A DNA stretch of 64,000 bases from Rhodothermales bacterium (GTDB lineage Bacteria; Bacteroidota; Rhodothermia; Rhodothermales; BA12): assembly GCA_963740755.1 (NCBI GenBank), contig CAVUFJ010000002.1, forward strand, positions 3,383-67,382, given 5' to 3'. The notes beneath the pieces were generated by a model, which saw only the letters and a list, made by a program, of their open reading frames with translations, did no database searches and was not told where the DNA came from. Shown here one piece after another: positions 31,012 to 41,129 of this stretch. Within the stretch, counting starts at the first letter, position 1, and every line of letters begins with the position of its first letter. Both the position numbers and the translations under genes were made by a program.

Positions 31012-32025
31012 TCACTCCATCGCGAACACGCGGTCGTAGATGAAGGCGAAGGAGAAGCTCTTGGTCTGGCTGCGCGTCTCGATGAACTCGGCCACGCGTC
31101 CGAGGCGCTTCGGGATGGCGAGGATCTTGTCCTGCGCCTTGCGCCCGGCCTCGTTGAGCCCTTCCATGAGCTCGATATTCCAGAACGCGATGGCCTCCTC
31201 GACGATCTCCTTGTAGTCCCACGGGCCGTAGATGCCGCTGCGGCGCACGACATCGGCCATCTCCTTGAAGTCGGGCATCGAGATGCCGGGCATGTCGATG
31301 GCGGGCATCACCGCGAGCGCGCTCTGGAGGGCGCGGTTGGGGTCGAGTTCGAGGAGCGCCTTGAAGACGCGCCGGTAGAACGAGAAGTGCTTGGCCTCGT
31401 CGGCGGCGATGTTCTGGAAGATGCCCTTGAGCACCGGCTCCTCGTCGCCCACGACGCGGCCCGTGTTGCGGTGCGTGTACTGGGTGGCGCGCTCCTGGAG
31501 CGTCGTGTAGACGAACACGCGGTAGGGGTCCTTGTCCCACTCGGGCTCGAAGCCAGCCTCCTGGTAGGCGTACTGCATCATCTCAACTTCCTTCATGCGG
31601 AAGAGGCGGGAGTCGCGCGCGTAGTCGTGCAGGATGGTGCCGTGGCGGTCTTCCTCGGCCGTCCACATGCGGTTCCACTGGCTCCAGACGGACTTCTCGC
31701 CGAGGTAGTTGGACAGCAGGCGGTGGAAGTGCGGCAGGCCTTCTTCGGTGAGCAGGCCCAGCACGACGGAGACGCGGATGGAGTCGCCGATAGAGCGGGC
31801 GCGTTCGCGCAGGCGCTGGAGCACGCGGATCGAGTCCTCGTCTTCGGCCTCGTCGGCGGGCAGAAAGTCGGAGGGGAACCAGAGGCGCCGCTTGGCGCGG
31901 TGCTCGACCATCAGTTCCTCGACGAGCGGTTCGCAGGCGCGGAGCGCCTCGGCGCGGGCTTCGGCCTCGAGTTGCTCGGAGGGTTCGGCGGGGACGTAGG
32001 CGTGCATGAGCGGTGGCGTAAGCAC
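31012..32025 (-). CDS. Soluble acyl-ACP desaturase (di-iron, DesA-like)
   Basis: Intact ORF: LLTEEGLPHFH, WTAEEDRHG, TLQERATQ, IAADEAKH (paired EExxH/DExxH-type di-iron motifs). Confidence 0.8.
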   Translation of the reverse strand: MLTPPLMHAYVPAEPSEQLEAEARAEALRACEPLVEELMVEHRAKRRLWFPSDFLPADEAEDEDSIRVLQRLRERARSIGDSIRVSVVLGLLTEEGLPHFHRLLSNYLGEKSVWSQWNRMWTAEEDRHGTILHDYARDSRLFRMKEVEMMQYAYQEAGFEPEWDKDPYRVFVYTTLQERATQYTHRNTGRVVGDEEPVLKGIFQNIAADEAKHFSFYRRVFKALLELDPNRALQSALAVMPAIDMPGISMPDFKEMADVVRRSGIYGPWDYKEIVEEAIAFWNIELMEGLNEAGRKAQDKILAIPKRLGRVAEFIETRSQTKSFSFAFIYDRVFAME

Positions 32026-32182
32026 CCTTGAAGGGCGCTGAAGAGGGAGCGTTCCCTGTGAAGGTACCGCACGGTGCGGGTGTGCGCGTTGCCCTCACGT
32101 GCGCTCCACACGGGCGCAGGCCCTGAGGAGGTTACTTTGCGACCTTTCGGCGCTGTATGGCGCCTTTCACCCGCTCCACTCG

Positions 32183-34819
32183 ATGGCCCGTCCGCCCTCG
32201 CGTCGCCCCGCCCGCGCCGCCACCGCCCCCTCCCGCGCCTCGACGGCCGAAGCGCGCCACACGGTCGCCACCGGCCGCCCGGCCTCAGACGGCGGGTCGT
32301 GGTGGAGCCGCCTCTCGTCCCGCACGCAGCACCTGGCGTGCCTGGCGCTGCTCGTCGTGGTGGGCGCGGCCTTTTACGCCCCCGCCGTGTTCGGCGGCAA
32401 GGGCGTCGTGGGCCTCGACACGGTCATGTGGCGCGCCATGGCCGCCTCGATGATGGACGCGCACCGGGCGACCGGGCAGGACCCGCTCTGGGCGACCAAC
32501 CCGTTCGGCGGGATGCCGGGCATCATGGTGGCCTACTTCTCCGTTCCCCCCGGCCCCGACACGCTCATCAACGCCCTCCGCACCCTGCTGGGGCCCCTGG
32601 CGGCGTTCCTGCTGCTCACGGGCGGGGTGTACGGGCTCGTCTACACGCTCACGCGCGAGAAGCTCGCCGCCGTGCTCGCCGCGCTCGCCTTCGGGCTCAC
32701 GACGTATATGCCCATCATCCTCGGGGCCGGGCCACACGGGCAAGTTCATGGCGCTCTCGTACGCGCCGTGGCTGCTGTGGGCGTTTGCGTACGCGCTCAA
32801 GCGGCCCGGCCTGCTCTCGGGCCTGCTCTTTGCCGCCGCGCTCGGCGTGAACCTGCGCGCCGGGCACCCGCAGATCACCTACTACGCCGCCTTCGCCATC
32901 GGCCTGTGGTGGCTCGTGGAGGGGATCGGCGCGCTTCGCGCGAAGGACGCGCGCGCGCTTCGGGAAGGCGACGGCGTTTCTGGCGCTCGGGACGGTGCTC
33001 GCCATCGGGCTCGTGGCGCATCCGTACCTGCTGCAGTTGGAGTACAAAAACTACACGGCGCGCGGTGCGGCCAGCGCGGCCCCCGGGGCTGATGATGCCG
33101 CCTGGGCCTACGCGATGGCGTGGAGCCAGGGCTTCTCCGAACTGCTCACGCTCCTCGTGCCGAACGCCTACGGGGGCGGCGGGCAGACGTACTTCGGGCC
33201 GAAGGTGCAGGGCACGGCGGGGCCGCACTACGTGGGCGGGCTCGTGCTGGCGCTGGCGGTCGTGGGCCTCGTGGCGAGTCGCCGCCGCCGGGCGGCCGTG
33301 GGCCTCGGCGTGGCCGCGCTCGTGATGACGCTGTTCGCGCTCGGCGAGCACTTCGGCGCCCTCAACCGGCTCGCCTTCGACCTCGTCCCCTACTTCAAGA
33401 CGCTTCCGCGTGCCGGAGACGTGGCTCTCGATGGTCGCGCTCGCGGTGGCGCTGCTGGCCGGGCTCGGCGTGGCCGCGCTCGTGCGCGTGGACGATGCGG
33501 AGGATCCCGCGCCCACCGCCGACCGGGCCGCACGCGTGGCCTGGATCAGCCTACTCGCGCTTCTCGGCGTCACGGTGGTGCTGTTTGCGTTCAAGGGCAC
33601 GCGTGCCTACACGGGCGCGGACGAGGCGAACCAGGTGGCGGCGATGATCGCGCAGCAGAACAACGTGGCCCCCGCTGATCCGCGCGTCGTGCAGGCGGCG
33701 CAACAGTATGTGGCCGAGCAGCAGCCCAAGCGCGCCGACCTCTACAGCGGCGACCTGCTGCGCACGCTGCTGTTCCTCGCGCTCGGCGCGGCGCTCGTGT
33801 GGGCATTCCGCCGGGGCCGCGTGCCCGCGTGGATGCTCGCGATGGGCCTGATCCTGCTCGTCACCGTGGACCTCTACGGGGTGGGCCACCGCTACTTCTC
33901 GGGCGACAAGCTCGCCGCCGATCCCGACCCGGCGAAGCAGATCGAGAAATACCCTTCCGACACGTTCATCGAAGGGCAGGTGCAGGCGGCAGGGGGCCCC
34001 GGGCACTTCCGCGCGCTCTCCTTGGAGGGCAGCCCGATGACGAACGCGCGTCCGGCGGCGTTCTACGAGACGCTCGGCGGCTACCACGGCGCCAAGCTGC
34101 GCGTCTATCAGGACTTTCTGGAGCACGTCCTCTCAACGCCCGAGGGCCGGTTGAACCCCGCCGCGCTCCGGCTGATGGGCGTGCGCTACGTGGCCGCGCA
34201 GGGGCCGGTGGCGCCCGGCCTGAAGGAGGTGTTCAGCGAGGCCCAGTCGCCGCTCAAGGTGTACGAGGATTCCACCGCAAAGCGCGCGTGGTTCGCCTCG
34301 GAGATCCGCACCGTGGCCTCGCCCGCCGAGGCCTGGGCCGCGATGCAGGCGCCGGATTTTGACCCCTACCACACGGCGATTCTGCTGAGCGGCACGCAGG
34401 CCACCACGACGCCCCTGGCCGCAGATTCGTCCGGCACGGCGGCCGATTCGGCGAACAGCGTGCGGCTCGAATCCTACAGCGCCCGCGACCTCCGCTACCG
34501 CGTGACGACGGACGCCCCGCGCCTGCTCGTGCTCTCGGAGGTCTACTACCCGGCCGGCTGGGCAGCCACCGTGGATGGCAAGGCCGCGCCGATCCTCCAG
34601 GTGGATTATCTGCTGCGCGGCGTGCAGGTGCCCGCCGGGGCCCACGCGGTCGCGCTCACCTACAGTCCGGCGCGCTACCGGACCGGCGAGACCGTGGCGT
34701 GGCTCTCGACGGTGCTCGTCTATGGCGGCCTCGTACTGCTGCTCGGGCTTGGCTTCGTGCAACATCGCCGCCGGAAGGACTCCGCCGACCCCATCGCCCC
34801 GGAAGGCGGCGAGGCGTGA
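32183..34819 (+). CDS. YfhO-family polytopic membrane protein (putative glycosyl/glycopolymer transferase); 3 frameshifts
   Basis: Pieces: ORF 32099..33325 (from MARPPS...), 32748..33092 (MALSYAPWLLWAFAYAL...HPQITYY), 32995..33678 (...LLTLLVPNAYGGG...) and 33410..34819 (...VYYPAGWAATVDGKAAPILQVDYLLRGVQVPAGAHAV, the characteristic YfhO C-terminus). Confidence 0.7.
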
Positions 34820-34890
34820 TGCAGGGAAGGGCACGATGCATCGTGCCCCTACGGCTCTCGTTCTCTGCCTGTCGCTACTCGCCCATCGGG

Positions 34891-36218
34891 ATGCGCGTTC
34901 TGCTCGTTACGTACTACTACCCGCCTTCCGGCGGCTCCGGCGTGCAGCGGCCGCTCAAGATGAGCCGCTACCTCCCGGAGTTCGGCTGCGAGGTGACGGT
35001 GCTCACGGTTGATCCTGCGCAGGCCGCCTACCCGGACCCGGACCCGTCCATGCTCGCCGACGTGCCCGCCGCGGTACAGGTGGTGCGGACGCCGTCGTGG
35101 GACCCTTATGCGGCGTACGCGCGCCTCACGGGCAAGGCCAAGGCCGATGCGGTGGGCGTGGGCTTTGCGCGCAGCGAGGCGCTCGGGCGCAAGGAGCAAC
35201 TGGCCCGCTGGCTCCGTGCCAACGTGTTCTTGCCGGATGCGCGCGTGGGGTGGGTGCCGTTTGCGATCCGCGCGGCGCGCCGCCTGCACGCCGCACAGCC
35301 GTTCGACGTGGTGCTCACCACCGCCCCGCCGATGTCGCTCCACCTCATCGGGCTCGCCCTCGCGGCGCAGGGCCTCCCCTGGGTGGCCGACTTCCGAGAC
35401 CCGTGGACGGACGTCTACTACCTCAAGGAACTGCCGCGCTCGGCCCTTGCCCGCCGCCTCGACCTGGCGCTCGAACGCCGCGTGCTGCGCCGGGCCACGC
35501 GCCTGGTGTCGGTGAGCGCGAGCGTGGCGGCGGGGCTCGGCGGCAAGGTGGGGCGCCCGGTCGCCGTCATTCCCAACGGCTTCGACCCGGCCGATTTTGC
35601 GGACGCCGCCCCGGCGCTCGACCCCGCCGGGCCGTTCACGCTGTCGTTTGTGGGCAACTTCCTCGGGCAGCAGAACCCGCCCGCCCTCTGGGAAGCGCTT
35701 GCCCGGATCGTGGCCGAACCCGGACACCCCGAGGTGCGCCTGCGCCTGGTGGGGCACGTAGACCCGCTCGTGCTGGAATCGGTGGCACAGCGCGGGCCTG
35801 GCCGACCGGGTCGAGCGGGTGGCGTATGTGCCGCACGCCGAGGCCGTGGCCGAGATGCGCCGGGCGAGCCTGCTGCTGCTGCCCATCAACCGCACGGCGG
35901 GCGCGGCAGGCATCGTGACGGGCAAGCTCTTCGAGTACGTCGCCTCCGGGCGGCCCGTGCTCGGCGTCGGTCCGGCGGACGGCGATGCGGCGGCGCTTCT
36001 CGCCGAAACCGGCGCCGGGCGCCTGTTCGGCTGGGACGATGCGGCGGGCATGGACGGGCTGCTGCGCGCGCACCTGGCCGCGTGGCGCGCCGGGTGCGCC
36101 GCTCATGGGCGCAACACCCGAAGGAGCGCTGCCGCTCAACCGGCGGGCGCAGGCCGGGGCGATGGCGCAGGTGCTGGCGGCTGCGGCGGGCCAGGTGGAG
36201 CCGGGCGCCCCCGCCTGA
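34891..36218 (+). CDS. Glycosyltransferase family 4 (group 1); 2 frameshifts
   Basis: MRVLLVTYYYPPSGGSGVQRPLK... in ORF 34699..36396. Then ...YVPHAEAVAEMRRASLLLLPI...GKLFEYVASGRPVLG in ORF 35819..37474. The C-terminus is in ORF 35985..36218. Confidence 0.75.
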
Positions 36219-36222
36219 GCCC

Positions 36223-37287
36223 GTGCGCCGCGTCCTCTACCTCTACCTCTCGCCCTCGTCGTTCGTCCTCGACGACCTCGCCCACCTGCGCGCCCGCTAC
36301 GAGGTCGTGCCGTTCCACTTCGACGCGCAGCAGGCAAAAGGGGCGGCGCGGGATGGCACGGATGTTGGCGCGTCAGGCCGCGTGGCTGCGCCTTGAACTG
36401 CCGCGCGCCGACCTCGTCTACGGCTGGTTCGCCGATTACCACCTCGCGCTGCCCGTGTGGGCCGCCCGCCGCCGGGGCGTGCCGGTGGCGGTCGCGCTCG
36501 GGGGATTCGAGAGCAACCGCCTGCCCGCGCTCGGCTACGGCGTGATGGAGAGCCGCTGGCGCGCGCCCCTCGCCCGTGCGGTCCTGCGCGGCGCCTCGCT
36601 GCTGCTGCCCGTGGCCGAGGCGCTCCTGGAGGCCGACAACCGCTTCGGCGCCTACCCGGACGTGCTCCGCAACGGCGTGCGCGCCCTCGTGCCGGGCCTG
36701 ACCACCCCCGCCACCGTGCTGCCCACCGGCTACGACGCCGAGGCGTGGCCGATGGGCGCCGCGCACCGCCCCCCTCCATCGTGTGCGTGGCCTTTGCCGA
36801 CCGCGCCCGGAGCGTCCGCCTCAAGGGCCTCGACCTGCTCGTGGCCGCCGCGCGCCATCTGCCGGACGTGCCCGTGCGGATCATCGGCGTCTCCGGCGAG
36901 GGGCGCGATGCGCTTGGAACGGTGCCGCCCAACGTGCGCGTCGAGGGGCCGGTGGCGCGCGAGGCGCTCGCGGCGGCGTATGCGGAGGCGAGCGTGTTCG
37001 CCCTCTTCTCGCGCTCGGAGGGGCTCCCCAACGTGCTCTGCGAGGCGATGCTGTGCGGCGCCGTGCCGGTGGGCAGTGCCGTGGGCGGCATCCCCGAAGC
37101 CATCGGCGAGGCGGGCTTCGTGGTCCACCGCCCCGAGCCCGAACGCTTGGCCGAACGCCTGCGCCACGCCCTCGCCGCCGCCGATGCGCTGCGCCCCGCG
37201 GCCCGCGCGCGCATCGAGCGGACCTACAGCGCCGCGCGCCGCCGGGCGGGCCTGCACGCCGCGCTCGACGGGCTCATGGCACCGTAA
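36223..37287 (+). CDS. Glycosyltransferase family 4 (group 1); 2 frameshifts; GTG start
   Basis: VRRVLYLYLSPSSFVLDD..., followed by LVYGWFADYH...ALGGFE (ORF 35819..37474), then CVAFADRARSVRLKGLDLL...FSRSEGLPNVLCEAMLCGAVPVGSAVGGIPE (ORF 36457..37287). Confidence 0.7.
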
Positions 37288-37311
37288 GCGCCGACCTTGC
37301 CCCTACTGTCC

Positions 37312-38868
37312 ATGCCTGACGCGCCTGCCTCCTCTTCCGCCCCGCTGCTGCGGATGGCGCGGCAGGGCGGGATCTACGCCGTCGGCAACGCGGCGGCGAA
37401 GGCGAGCGGGTACTTCGTCCAGCTGCTCCAGCTCAACACGGCCTACCTCGCCTTCGCGCACTACGGCAAGCTGAGCGCGGCGGCCAACCTCGTGCTCCTG
37501 CTCGCGCCGCTGCTCACGCTCGGGCTCCCGACGGCCCTGCTGCGCTTCACCACCGCCTCCGACCTCGGCGACGACGACCGGGCGGCGCTGCCGTTTACCA
37601 CGCTCGTGGTCGTGGGAGGGCTGGCGGCGCTCGTGGTGGCGCTGGCGTGGCCGTTTGCGGCGGCCATCGGGCGTGCGGGCGTGCTGGGACAGGACCCCGC
37701 CGGACTGGAGGCACAGGCCGCGCTGCTCGGGCGGCTCGTGCTCATGTTCGCCGCCGTGAAAGCGCTCAGCATGCTCGGGCTCGTGACGCTGCAGGCGCGC
37801 GACCGGCCGGGCCTGTTCAGCCTTGCGCAGCTCTCCGAAGCGGTGCTGCTCATCGGGCTCAACGCGTGGCTGCTCGTGGGACTGCGGATGGGCCTCGTGG
37901 GCGTGCTCGTGGCGCAGATTGGCGCGGCGGCGGTGCCGGCGTTCATGCTCGCGGGCTGGATCGCGGCCCGGTCGGCGCGGCGCGTGGCGTGGGGGCTGCT
38001 GCGGCCGCTGCTCCGCTTCGGCCTGCCCGTGGTGGTGGTCGGGCTGTCGCTGCCGATCCTGCAGGCCGGCGACCGTCACGTGCTCAACTGGTGGAAGGTG
38101 GAACCCGAGGCCCTGTCGCTCTACGAGGCCGCCAGCAAGGTGGCTGGGCTCGTCAACGTGGTCCTCATCCAGGCCTTCCAGACGGCCTTTGCCGTGGCGG
38201 GGCTGCAGGCTATTGCGAGTGGCGAAGGGGCGCACCTCCACCGGCGCGCCTTCCGGCACCTGTGCGTGATTGGGGGCGGCTTCACGCTCGGGCTGTCGCT
38301 CTTCGCCTTCGATGTGCTCGCCGTGATGACGCCGAAGGGCTCGCCCTACCTCCAGGCGGCCCCGCTCGTGCTCCCGCTTACGCTCGGCTACTACTTCTAC
38401 GGGCTCTACATCATCGCCGCCAACCCGCTTTATGCGCGAGGACGCACCCGGCAGGTGTCGGTAGGCGTGGCCATTGCGGCGGTGGTGAACCTGCTGCTCA
38501 ACGTCGTGCTCATCCCGCCGCTCGGCGCGGTCGGCTCGGCGACGGCCACGGTGCTCGCCTACGGGGGGCTCGCGCTCGTGACCGCCGCGCGCGTCGGAAA
38601 GGCCGAGGGGGTGCGGTTTCCGTTCGGGGCCGTGGCGGGCACGGTGGCCCTCGTGGTCGGGCTCGGGTGGATCGGGCTCCGCGCAAACAGCTTTGCGCCG
38701 GTGCCGCGCTGGGCCGCCCACTTCGCCCTGATGGTGCTCTACCCGCCCGGCGTACTCCTCGTGCGCGCCTACCGCTGGTCCGACATCCGCGACGGCGCCG
38801 ACGCGCTGTGGGCCTGGCGCGCCCGCAAGCGGGCCGGTGCCGCGCGCAAGCGGGAGGGGCAGCCCTGA
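37312..38868 (+). CDS. Polysaccharide flippase (MOP/Wzx-like oligosaccharide exporter)
   Basis: Intact ORF 37297..38868 with about 12-14 hydrophobic segments. The N-terminus ...GGIYAVGNAAAKASGYF and overall topology are typical of the polysaccharide-biosynthesis (Wzx) family. The ATG at 37312 is preferred over the TTG at 37297. Confidence 0.65.
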   Translation: MPDAPASSSAPLLRMARQGGIYAVGNAAAKASGYFVQLLQLNTAYLAFAHYGKLSAAANLVLLLAPLLTLGLPTALLRFTTASDLGDDDRAALPFTTLVVVGGLAALVVALAWPFAAAIGRAGVLGQDPAGLEAQAALLGRLVLMFAAVKALSMLGLVTLQARDRPGLFSLAQLSEAVLLIGLNAWLLVGLRMGLVGVLVAQIGAAAVPAFMLAGWIAARSARRVAWGLLRPLLRFGLPVVVVGLSLPILQAGDRHVLNWWKVEPEALSLYEAASKVAGLVNVVLIQAFQTAFAVAGLQAIASGEGAHLHRRAFRHLCVIGGGFTLGLSLFAFDVLAVMTPKGSPYLQAAPLVLPLTLGYYFYGLYIIAANPLYARGRTRQVSVGVAIAAVVNLLLNVVLIPPLGAVGSATATVLAYGGLALVTAARVGKAEGVRFPFGAVAGTVALVVGLGWIGLRANSFAPVPRWAAHFALMVLYPPGVLLVRAYRWSDIRDGADALWAWRARKRAGAARKREGQP

Positions 38869-38917
38869 GGCCGCAGGGCAGGGCGTTCGTATCGTGTCCC
38901 CGTCCGCTCTCCGTTCG

Positions 38918-39907
38918 ATGGCCCCTCGCTCTGCGCTCTCGTTCCCGCGCCGCCTGGTCCGGCAGGTGCAGGCGTGGACGGCCGCGCCGGCCCACACGGC
39001 CAACCCGCGCGCGGCGGCCATCTGCGTGCTGCTCTCGCTCCTGCTCTGGCTTGCGCTCACGCTCCGGCAAAACCACGTCCAGGGCTTCGAGGCGCGGACC
39101 GAGATCGTGAGCCTGCCGCCGGGCGAGGGCCTGGCCGCGCCGGTGCCCGCAAGCGTGCGCGTGCTCGTCGAAGGCACCGGCTTTCGCCTGCTGCCGCTCT
39201 TCTCGTTCCCCCCACGCCTGACGATCAACGCGACGCAGCGTGAGGTGAACCTCGAATCCCAGCTCTGCCTCGCTACCGCCCGACGTGCGGCTGCTCGGCG
39301 TGAGCCCGCGCACGATTCGCCTCAGCACCGAAACCCTCATCACCCGCCGCGTGCCGGTGGGCCTGCGCGCGCTCCTCGACTTCGCCACGTCGTTCGACTT
39401 TGCCGGGCCGATCCGCGTGGCGCCCGAGTCGGTGGCGGTGACGGGGGCGCGCTCCATCGTGGAGGGCCTGCGGGCGTGGCCGACGCAGCCGTTCCGCTAC
39501 TCGTCCGTGCGCGACACGCTCCGCCTGACGATCGCGCTTGCCGACACCCTCCAAGGCCTCGCCGCGCGGCCCGCCGCGACGGTGTTCGTGCAGGTGCCGG
39601 TGGCCGCGTATACCGGCGGCGAGCGCGAAGTGGAGATCCGCATCACCGGGATGCGCGCGGGCGGCGAGTCGATCTCGCTCTCGCCCTCTACCCTGCGCGT
39701 GCGCTTCCGGGTGCTCCTTGGCCAGTACGACGAAGCCCTCGACGCGCTCGACTTCTAGCGACGATCCCGTACGACGAGATCGAGCGCAACCAGTCCGGGG
39801 TGCTGCGCCCGAACCTCCACCTCCCGCGCGGCCTGAGCGTCCGCGACGCGGTGCTGGTGCCGGAGACGGTCACGTACTACCGCGTCATCCGCAGCGAGGC
39901 GCGCTGA
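38918..39907 (+). CDS. YbbR-like domain protein (membrane-anchored); 2 frameshifts
   Basis: TM anchor [17 protein letters not shown]. Repeated units of the form 'V...V.V.G....L' ([12 protein letters not shown]; middle part in ORF 39285..39758; C-terminus back in the ORF 38837..39907 frame). The family assignment is tentative. Confidence 0.45.
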   Translation: MAPRSALSFPRRLVRQVQAWTAAPAHTANPRAAAICVLLSLLLWLALTLRQNHVQGFEARTEIVSLPPGEGLAAPVPASVRVLVEGTGFRLLPLFSFPPRLTINATQREVNLESQLCLATARRAAARREPAHDSPQHRNPHHPPRAGGPARAPRLRHVVRLCRADPRGARVGGGDGGALHRGGPAGVADAAVPLLVRARHAPPDDRACRHPPRPRRAARRDGVRAGAGGRVYRRRARSGDPHHRDARGRRVDLALALYPARALPGAPWPVRRSPRRARLLATIPYDEIERNQSGVLRPNLHLPRGLSVRDAVLVPETVTYYRVIRSEAR

Positions 39908-39935
39908 GCGCCCGGAACCCGCCGTGTCGCCCGGC

Positions 39936-40277
39936 ATGGACCAGGGCACCAAGCCCTTCGATGCGATGGATGCGTTTACGCGGGAAGTCCTTGACGCGAG
40001 CCGGGTCAAACCGGTGGTGGTAGATTTCTGGGCGCCGTGGTGCGGGCCGTGCCGCGCCCTTGGCCCTGTGCTCGACCGGCTCGCCCGCGCGAGCGGCGGG
40101 GCGTGGCGCCTCGTCAAGATCAACGTGGACGCGCATCCGGCCCTCGCGCAGCGCTTCAGCGTGCGCGGGATTCCGGCCGTCAAGCTGTTTCGGGACGGGG
40201 CGGTCGTGGCCGAGTTTGCGGGCGCGCTGCCCGAGGGCGAGGTGCGCCGCTGGCTTCAGCAGCACGCCGGCGTGTAG
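39936..40277 (+). CDS. trxA: Thioredoxin
   Basis: [21 protein letters not shown]...[24 protein letters not shown]. Confidence 0.9.
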   Translation: MDQGTKPFDAMDAFTREVLDASRVKPVVVDFWAPWCGPCRALGPVLDRLARASGGAWRLVKINVDAHPALAQRFSVRGIPAVKLFRDGAVVAEFAGALPEGEVRRWLQQHAGV

Positions 40278-40372
40278 GGTCAGGGATCACCAAACCCACT
40301 TCCTGCGCCGGTAAGCCCAGATCGTGTGGCGCTCAATCCAACCGTCTGCTCCGAACACTCGGAGCGGCCCGC

Positions 40373-40993
40373 TCAGGCCCATCCGAAGGCGTAGAGTACG
40401 AGCGCGCCCACGAACGGTACGCGCAGGTTGTCGTTGAGGGGGACCGGGAGGGCTTCGGCGAGCGCCATCGCGCCGGCGGCTACGAGTGCGGGCAGCGCGC
40501 CCGGCATCGCCACCGGCGCGGCGCGCGGGAGCAGCAGCAGCACGGCCGTCGACACGAGGGCGAAGGCGGCCGACCCTTCCAGGGTGCGCGACGTGCCCGG
40601 CCAGCGGTGCCGCCCGGCGGCGCGCCCGACGAGCGCGGCGGCGGCGTCGCCGAGCATGAAGGCCGCGAACACGGGCACCGCCAGGCGGAGCGGGAGCAGC
40701 ACCGCGAGGAGCAGGGCCGCGATCGCAACCCACGTCGAGCCATTGAGCGTGAGCGGGCCGGTGCCGTCCGGGTGTTCTTCGGCGCGCATCATCCACCCGA
40801 AGTGCTGCCCGATCCAGCGCCCGAAGGCGGGCACCTTCGCGCGCAGCACGTCGCCGCCGAGGGTGAGCGCGACGAGCAGCGCGGCCAGGCCGATGAGCCA
40901 CGCGCGCCCGAGCGGGAAGAGCAGCACCGGCAGGAGCGCGGTGACGACGTGCAGGGCTTTGCGGCCGAGTTCTGCGCGGAACGTGATCGGCAT
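40373..40993 (-). CDS. Dolichol/phytol kinase-like (CTP-dependent polyprenol kinase, DGK1/VTE5/SEC59 family) membrane protein; start uncertain (40993 or 41074)
   Basis: ORF 40373..41074: ELGRKALHVV...GDAAAALVGRAAGRHRW...RTLEGSAAF...AEALP, with 5-6 TM helices. Confidence 0.55.
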   Translation of the reverse strand: MPITFRAELGRKALHVVTALLPVLLFPLGRAWLIGLAALLVALTLGGDVLRAKVPAFGRWIGQHFGWMMRAEEHPDGTGPLTLNGSTWVAIAALLLAVLLPLRLAVPVFAAFMLGDAAAALVGRAAGRHRWPGTSRTLEGSAAFALVSTAVLLLLPRAAPVAMPGALPALVAAGAMALAEALPVPLNDNLRVPFVGALVLYAFGWA

Positions 40994-41129
40994 GGGCAGC
41001 GAAGGGGGCCCGGTGGAGGGGGCGGGGCGAACATAGGGCGGCATTTGCACGCCGTCTGTACACATATTGGGCATCGGAGCGCTTCGTTACGCGTTCTGCC
41101 TCGCCCGTCGCCCCTCCGCCTCTCTGCCC

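Noticed and set aside
37303-39228. 641-aa minus-strand ORF, together with similar long antisense ORFs (61734..63815, 42522..44093, 25485..27320, 11068..12720, 15638..17107, 35636..36766)
   Set aside because: All lie opposite genes with clear homology (flippase, infB, sbcC, kinase, LuxE/rarA, OMP, GT4). They translate to R/G/A/P/H-rich sequence with no motifs. Stop-codon scarcity in GC-rich DNA explains them.
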